Positions 59,041 to 64,000 of a stretch of 64,000 nt of DNA are shown piece after piece. Origin of the DNA: Octopus sinensis (Eukaryota); assembly GCF_006345805.1 (NCBI RefSeq), contig NC_043023.1, positions 17,856,001 to 17,920,000 on the forward strand. The letters are read 5' to 3'. Position 1 is the stretch's first letter, and each line of letters opens with the position of its first letter. The notes under the pieces were generated by a model. That model did not search any database. It was not told where the DNA came from and worked only from the letters and a program-made list of their open reading frames with translations. Made by a program: the position numbers and the translations under genes.

Positions 59041-59689
59041 TCCGGTTCGGAAGGAGGATCTTTGTTGCCTTTTACGGCTTGAAATGGGTTGTACGTAACC
59101 CGTGACGTTATTTTTTTTTGTTTGTGGAGGGGGGGGTGTTGCAAGAAGGAGGGAAGAGCCAGCAGCTCGTTTCAAGCCATTTTGTAAATATTGTGTGCAA
59201 AAATGTCAATTTCAAAATAAAAAAACAGCAATTTCACCCCGAAGGGGCAAAATTTTCGCCCAACCGACGAGCTCCGCAAGAAGCCGGTCGGTTTGGCTAC
59301 AAAATATTAAAAATATTCAAGCTTATTAAAAAATTCCAATAAAATTGGCCAAAACTCACAGAGCTGATTCACGTACGTCCATCGGCGTCGGAAGGAATAA
59401 TAATAATAATAATCAATTCTTTTTATTGGCCACAAGGGCTGACACGCATGATTACATAAAGGGACAAGACAGGACGAAAGGTTACAAAGGGTTTTGCCGT
59501 TTTTTAAAACATCGAGTAAAAATCTATAACAACTTATAAAATTCAACAATGAAAAACTCCCAAAAGGGGGAGACGTCTCGAAATGTTCCGGTGGAAAAAA
59601 CCCTACAAAAGCCAACGGGAGCCTGGTCAAAAAAAGGGGGTGTAGAGAGTCCCCTTTCTTCTCCTTTTACATTACCTTTTTCTTTGAAA

Positions 59690-62600
59690 TCACAGGCGAA
59701 ACCTGAGAACTGGTCCATTTATACAGGCCAGTCTCGCACAATTCACCCACCTTTCATAAAACTTGCTATCGGACAGCACTTTCCTCTCTAACCTCATCTT
59801 CTTTTCAAGTGAAACTTGAAAAAGTTGATGAGGCCTTGACCAAAGAGGAAAGTGTCTGACTTTAGCCCTTTCAAACGAGTCCACCACACGACTTCTTTCG
59901 CCACAGCCACTAGGCACAAGAAAACGGCCTCGCCCTCCTTGTTAAAGGAGGTCGGCGGGGCAATCTTCACTATGGATTCGGCCGATAGTCGGATCCGTCC
60001 TACACGTGACAGTAGCTGTTCGACATAAACCCATATTTCAGCAATACTCGGGCACTGGACGAGTGCGTGCAGAACGGTTTCGTCGTCCTGGCAACACCTC
60101 GGGCAGGCCCGGCTGACGGCACTTCCGTGCCGGTAGAGTTTATCTCGAACAGGCAGAGCCCCTCGGTAGCACTGCCAGGCGAGAGACCTCTGGAAATTAT
60201 CCATCGGCCCCGGCCCGAAAGTCCTCCCGAACAGACCGCTCAGTTCGTCGTCTTCAACGCCTAGAGTTTCCCCGAGAACGTCGTCGCATTTTTCCTCCAC
60301 TAACCCTCTATAGAACGCTAGAGTGGAGCTGTAACCGACCGCATTGCCCGCCTGGCGGAGGGCGGAGAGGGCTTGACGGCACTCGAGGTGCCAAGCGCCC
60401 TTTCTCGGTCTACGTTTGATCCAGGTCTGCAGCTCCGTCAAAGAGACGAGCTGCGGAAAATCGCGTCTGACAAAAGACGACCACACCTGTTCACCGTCTA
60501 GGAAGCGCTTGAGATGCCGCAGCCTGAGCGCATGTCTGCGCAACAGCAACCACGGCATTCCAAGGCCTCCGTTCAGCGGTCGTTGACAGCAGATGGATCG
60601 CCTGACCAGTGGCACCTGACCCTTCCACAAAAAGTCGAAGAGCAGACGTACCAGCTTGGCCAACCAGCGGTCGGGACAAGGGACGACGGTCAAGCGGTAA
60701 TAGATGACGGATGCGATGTACGCATTCACCTCCGCTCGACCTTTCAGGGACAGCTTCCTCTCGGCCCATTTCTGGGTGAGACGTGCCACCCTGCTCGTCA
60801 CCTCTTCCCAGTTCTTATCCACCTGGAGGTCCGGACCGAACCAGACCCCGAGCAGTTTAACGGGTCCGTCTGTCCAGCGCCCTACGACGCTGTTGGACGG
60901 CATGGGCTTGCCTCTCCAGGTGCCCAGTTGCAAGCCCACAGACTTTTCCGCGTTAATCTTTGCCCCTGTCACCGCTTCGTACTGGTTTAGCGTCTCGCCA
61001 ATCAGGCCAATGTGCCTGTGGCTCGACACCACCACGGTGACGTCGTCGGCATAAGCAGACACGCTGTTTCCGCCTCCTAGATCGCGCGGGATACCCTCAA
61101 AGCCTCCAACTTGCGCAGTAATGGCTCGAGAGTCAAAATGTACAAGAGGGAGGAGAGAGGGCATCCTTGGCGGACCGAACGCGAGATGTCGAACGGTTCC
61201 GAAAGGTGACCGTTCACCCGTATCACCGAGCAGATGTTGCTGTATAAAGCAGCGATCCACCCGCGGAAGACTGGACCGAAGCCGGCTGCCTTGAGGACAG
61301 CTGCCAGGTACCGATGGTCGACCCTATCGAAGGCTTTACTCTGATCCAAGTTGATCAAAGCCCCACCCGCGCCAGCGTCGTTACCCACCCTCTCTATGAT
61401 GTAGCGCATGAGATGGAGGTTGTCGTGTATCGACCTGGTCGGCACGGCGCATGTCTGCGTCCCGCCGACCAGCTTGTCCACGACAAGCGCCAATCTCTTG
61501 GCTAGCACCTTGGCCAAAATCTTCAACTCTGCATTGAGCAGAGTGATGGGCCGGAAATTCCCTATAACGTCCCCCTTGTTTGGGTCCTTCTTTAGCAAAG
61601 CCACCACCCCTCGACAGACAAAAGCAGGAATTCTCCCGTTTTGCTGCCAGTTGCAGTAGACGTTTGCCAACAGGTCCGCAAACAAGTCTGGCATTGAAAA
61701 GTAAAGCTCGTAGGGCAGACCATCCAAACCCGGCGATCTACCTCTCGTGCAACTCTTCATCGCTTCCTGTACTTCCCAGGCAGATATCGGTCCTTCGCAG
61801 CACTCTGCCTCGCTGTCCGAGAGTTGCGGCAGTCCGTCCAGGTACACACCGAAGTCTGTACCGTTGGTGTCCGTTCCACCGCTCGTCCCAAACAGTTGAG
61901 CAAAGTGCCGCTGAAGCACCGTACACATCTGCTTCGGTTGGGTAACCTCGCGCCCGTTCTGGTCCACCAAAGACCGAATGGTTGCTCTGTTGCCTCGCTT
62001 CGCCTCCGCCACGCGGGCCCATCGAGCGGCTCTAGTCCCCTCCCCGCTTAGCGAACGTGCCTTAGCTCTGACAACGCAGCCTTCGTGTTTGGCGTCGAAG
62101 TGTTGGTCGAGGGCCAACCTTGCCGCCAACACGTCGGTCGCGATGCCAGTGTCAAGAGCCTCGTCTAGTTTCTTAACTAAATCCCGCTCTCTCTTCCTAC
62201 GTTCAATAGCTAGAGTCTTACTATACCTAATCGACTCTACTCTAATTGCTCTCTTGAGGGCAAACCACCAGTTGTTGTTGATGATTGCCCCCGTGAGCGC
62301 CCGCTTAACTAGTAAACTAATCCGGTCTCTGTAAGCTTTGCACGCCGTTAACGACGCGTTCAGCTTCCAGTAGCCGGGTCCCTGTCTATGTAGCCTATCT
62401 AAGTCGACCGTACAGATCACTAATTTGTGGTCCGTATATTCGACTAGGTGGAATTGTGGACACCCTACGCTGTCCTTATCCGCTGGCCTACAAAACACTC
62501 TATCTAAGTACGATCTAGACGACCGATGCGGTTGTCCAAGTCCACATTGGCACATTCGGGTTGTCTAGTCGAAACCTGTCGGACAGCTGAAAGCGGCCGA

Positions 62601-63118
62601 GTAGGTTGGCGAGGCTCTTGCACCCTCCCCCTCTCCTATCAGACGCTCCCCTGCCCACCCGATCGAAACGTTCGTCTAAGACAGCGTTCCAATCCCCAAC
62701 TAGTACTAGAGTGCGTGACGTTCCCAGGAAAACTTCCAGACGTTTGAAATAATCCGACTGCCCTGCTCCTGTCGGAGCGTAGGCAGCCAGCAGTCTGAAA
62801 GCACCGCCGTCACTACCGTCCACGTCGAGGACCACCAACTTACCTTCCGGATCCAAGAAGACTGTCCTTATTTTCAGGTCCAGGCCCTTCCGAAACAACC
62901 ACCGCAGTACCACCACCGCCCGCTCCCGGCCGACACGGAGATAGAAATATCTCGTATCCGCCGAAAAGGGCTGCGAGTTCCTGCGGGTCGGAGAGCCTGG
63001 TTTCACTGATGGCTGCTACATCCACATCATGAAACCTCAGGTCGTTTAACAGGTGACCCTGTTTCCAAGGTGACCCGAGGCCTCTCACATTCAAGCAACC
63101 GATTCTAAGATTTGCCAT
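59690..63118 (-). pseudogene. ORF2 of element 5, broken by about five single-base indels
   Basis: Same protein as 53858-57292, split across frames. Indels at about 59812, 61095, 62524, 62533 and 62898, all in short homopolymer runs, so they may be read errors. Confidence 0.9.
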
Positions 63119-63158
63119 GTTTCAAAAGTTAGGGGAAAAAAAAAGGAGAAAAAAGGCT

Positions 63159-64000
63159 CTACTTACTGTTGTTGGTGGTGGGGGTGGCTCCCTTGTGCTT
63201 TTGCACGGGTGCTTCCACAATATTTTTGTAAAGTTTCTTCGAGAAACTTTTCCCTAACGATCCCACATCGTTAGGGAATATTTGTTTTATTTCATAATAT
63301 GTTTGTTTATTTTTATTGTGAGAATGTGTGCTGGTGGTGTGTTTTGTGTTGGTATTATGAAATCTGTAATGTTTGTACTTGTTTTGTTTTTAAAAACTCC
63401 ACAGTTTGGTTCTTGTGTTATGCTGTAATGTGTCTGTGTGTGTTGTGGTGTGTGGCAGTGGCAGTAGTGGTGTCGAAAGTGTTGTTGTTGTTGTTGTTGT
63501 GAGTGTGTGTGTTGTTGTTGTTGTTGTTGTTGATGTTGGGAAGTACTATTTGTTCGTGCTTCCCCTGTAAATCTTTTGTTTTTTCCTCTTTTCTTCTTTG
63601 GAGGCACTATGTTCCATTCTCCTTTGTTGGAATCAGAGCTCGCACAATCCGACTCTTCATCCGGCAAAGGAATGGTTGAGGGGTCTGCTTCAGTAGCAGG
63701 ACGAAAAGTTTCTGGTTCCACCGGTATCGGTGGTGCCGCTGCTCCTGTTACTGTTGATGTCGCTGCTGTCGACCTTCGAGGTAGGTGTTGGTGTGGTGTG
63801 TTGGTGGTGGTTGTCGGTGTTGTTTGGTGGTGGTTGTTGTTGTTGGAGGTGGTGTGTTTCTTGGTGCTGGTGTTGGTGATGGTGTTGGTGGTGTGGCAGC
63901 CTTTGGTTTTCTTGCTGTTTTTGTTGTTTCTGTTGTTGTTGCTTGTGTTGTTGTGGTTGTTGTGTTGTTGCTGCTGCCTCTTGCTATACTCTCCATTCTC
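63159..64000 (-). pseudogene. 3' part of ORF1 of element 5
   Basis: Colinear with 57333-58190 and ends ...TTNNSK*. Confidence 0.85.

Larger units (their letters stand above)
53550..59395 (-). mobile_element. Full-length-looking young Tx1/L1-clade non-LTR retrotransposon (element 4)
   Basis: 5' UTR about 59395-59040, then ORF1, a T-rich spacer, intact ORF2 and 3' UTR. AATAAA at 53583-53588 and an (ATT)8 tail at 53550-53573. The 3' flank is a TTC-rich tract. Confidence 0.95.
59396..64000 (-). mobile_element. Tx1-like element 5, same family as element 4, directly upstream head-to-tail; 5' part beyond the window
   Basis: (ATT)6 tail at 59396-59413 abuts the 5' end of element 4. 3' UTR and ORF2 are near-identical to element 4; the ORF1 3' part is more diverged. 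Confidence 0.95.

Noticed and set aside
54169-62747. Plus-strand and alternate-frame ORFs overlapping ORF2
   Set aside because: Shadow ORFs of a GC-rich RT gene with no recognisable motifs. They recur only because the element is duplicated.
59396-64000. Element 5 as an assembly duplicate of element 4
   Set aside because: About 20 mostly synonymous substitutions in ORF2 and clear ORF1 divergence are not the pattern of read error.
53550-64000. Telomeric retrotransposon array (HeT-A/TART or TRAS/SART-like)
   Set aside because: No telomeric repeat tracts at the junctions or elsewhere, and no sign of a chromosome end.

Overview
Repeat-only eukaryotic genomic DNA. The SINE-type repeats and microsatellite content suggest an octopus/cephalopod assembly, but that is recognition from memory, not a database match. 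I see no host protein gene, rRNA, tRNA gene or CRISPR array. Layout: (1) 1-3406, two degraded Tx1/L1-clade non-LTR retrotransposons head-to-tail on +, the second carrying ORF1 plus only the tip of ORF2; (2) 3.4-7.3 kb, SINE pieces, a Penelope-like GIY-YIG fragment, a mariner fragment, a non-autonomous Helitron and microsatellites; (3) a 100-N gap, then about 32 kb (about 710 copies) of a 45-bp satellite; (4) the satellite runs in frame into ORF1 of a third Tx1-like element (39516-41991); (5) 42-53.5 kb, a mosaic of local segmental duplications containing SINEs, (GAA)n tracts and an internally deleted mariner; (6) 53.5-64 kb, two young Tx1-like elements head-to-tail on -, one with an intact 1144-aa APE-RT-zinc-finger ORF2. 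Most notable: the satellite monomer translates to NVAVSAAKIIEGSPS, resembles the N-terminal SNDFASAAKQISE segment of the Tx1 ORF1 in this window, is fused in frame to an ORF1, and consists of two 18-nt inverted repeats. This suggests a satellite amplified from a LINE coding region. Other leads: preference for TTC-type targets, a conserved splice-donor-like motif at the ORF1 stop, and an ORF1-only (HAL1-like) derivative.
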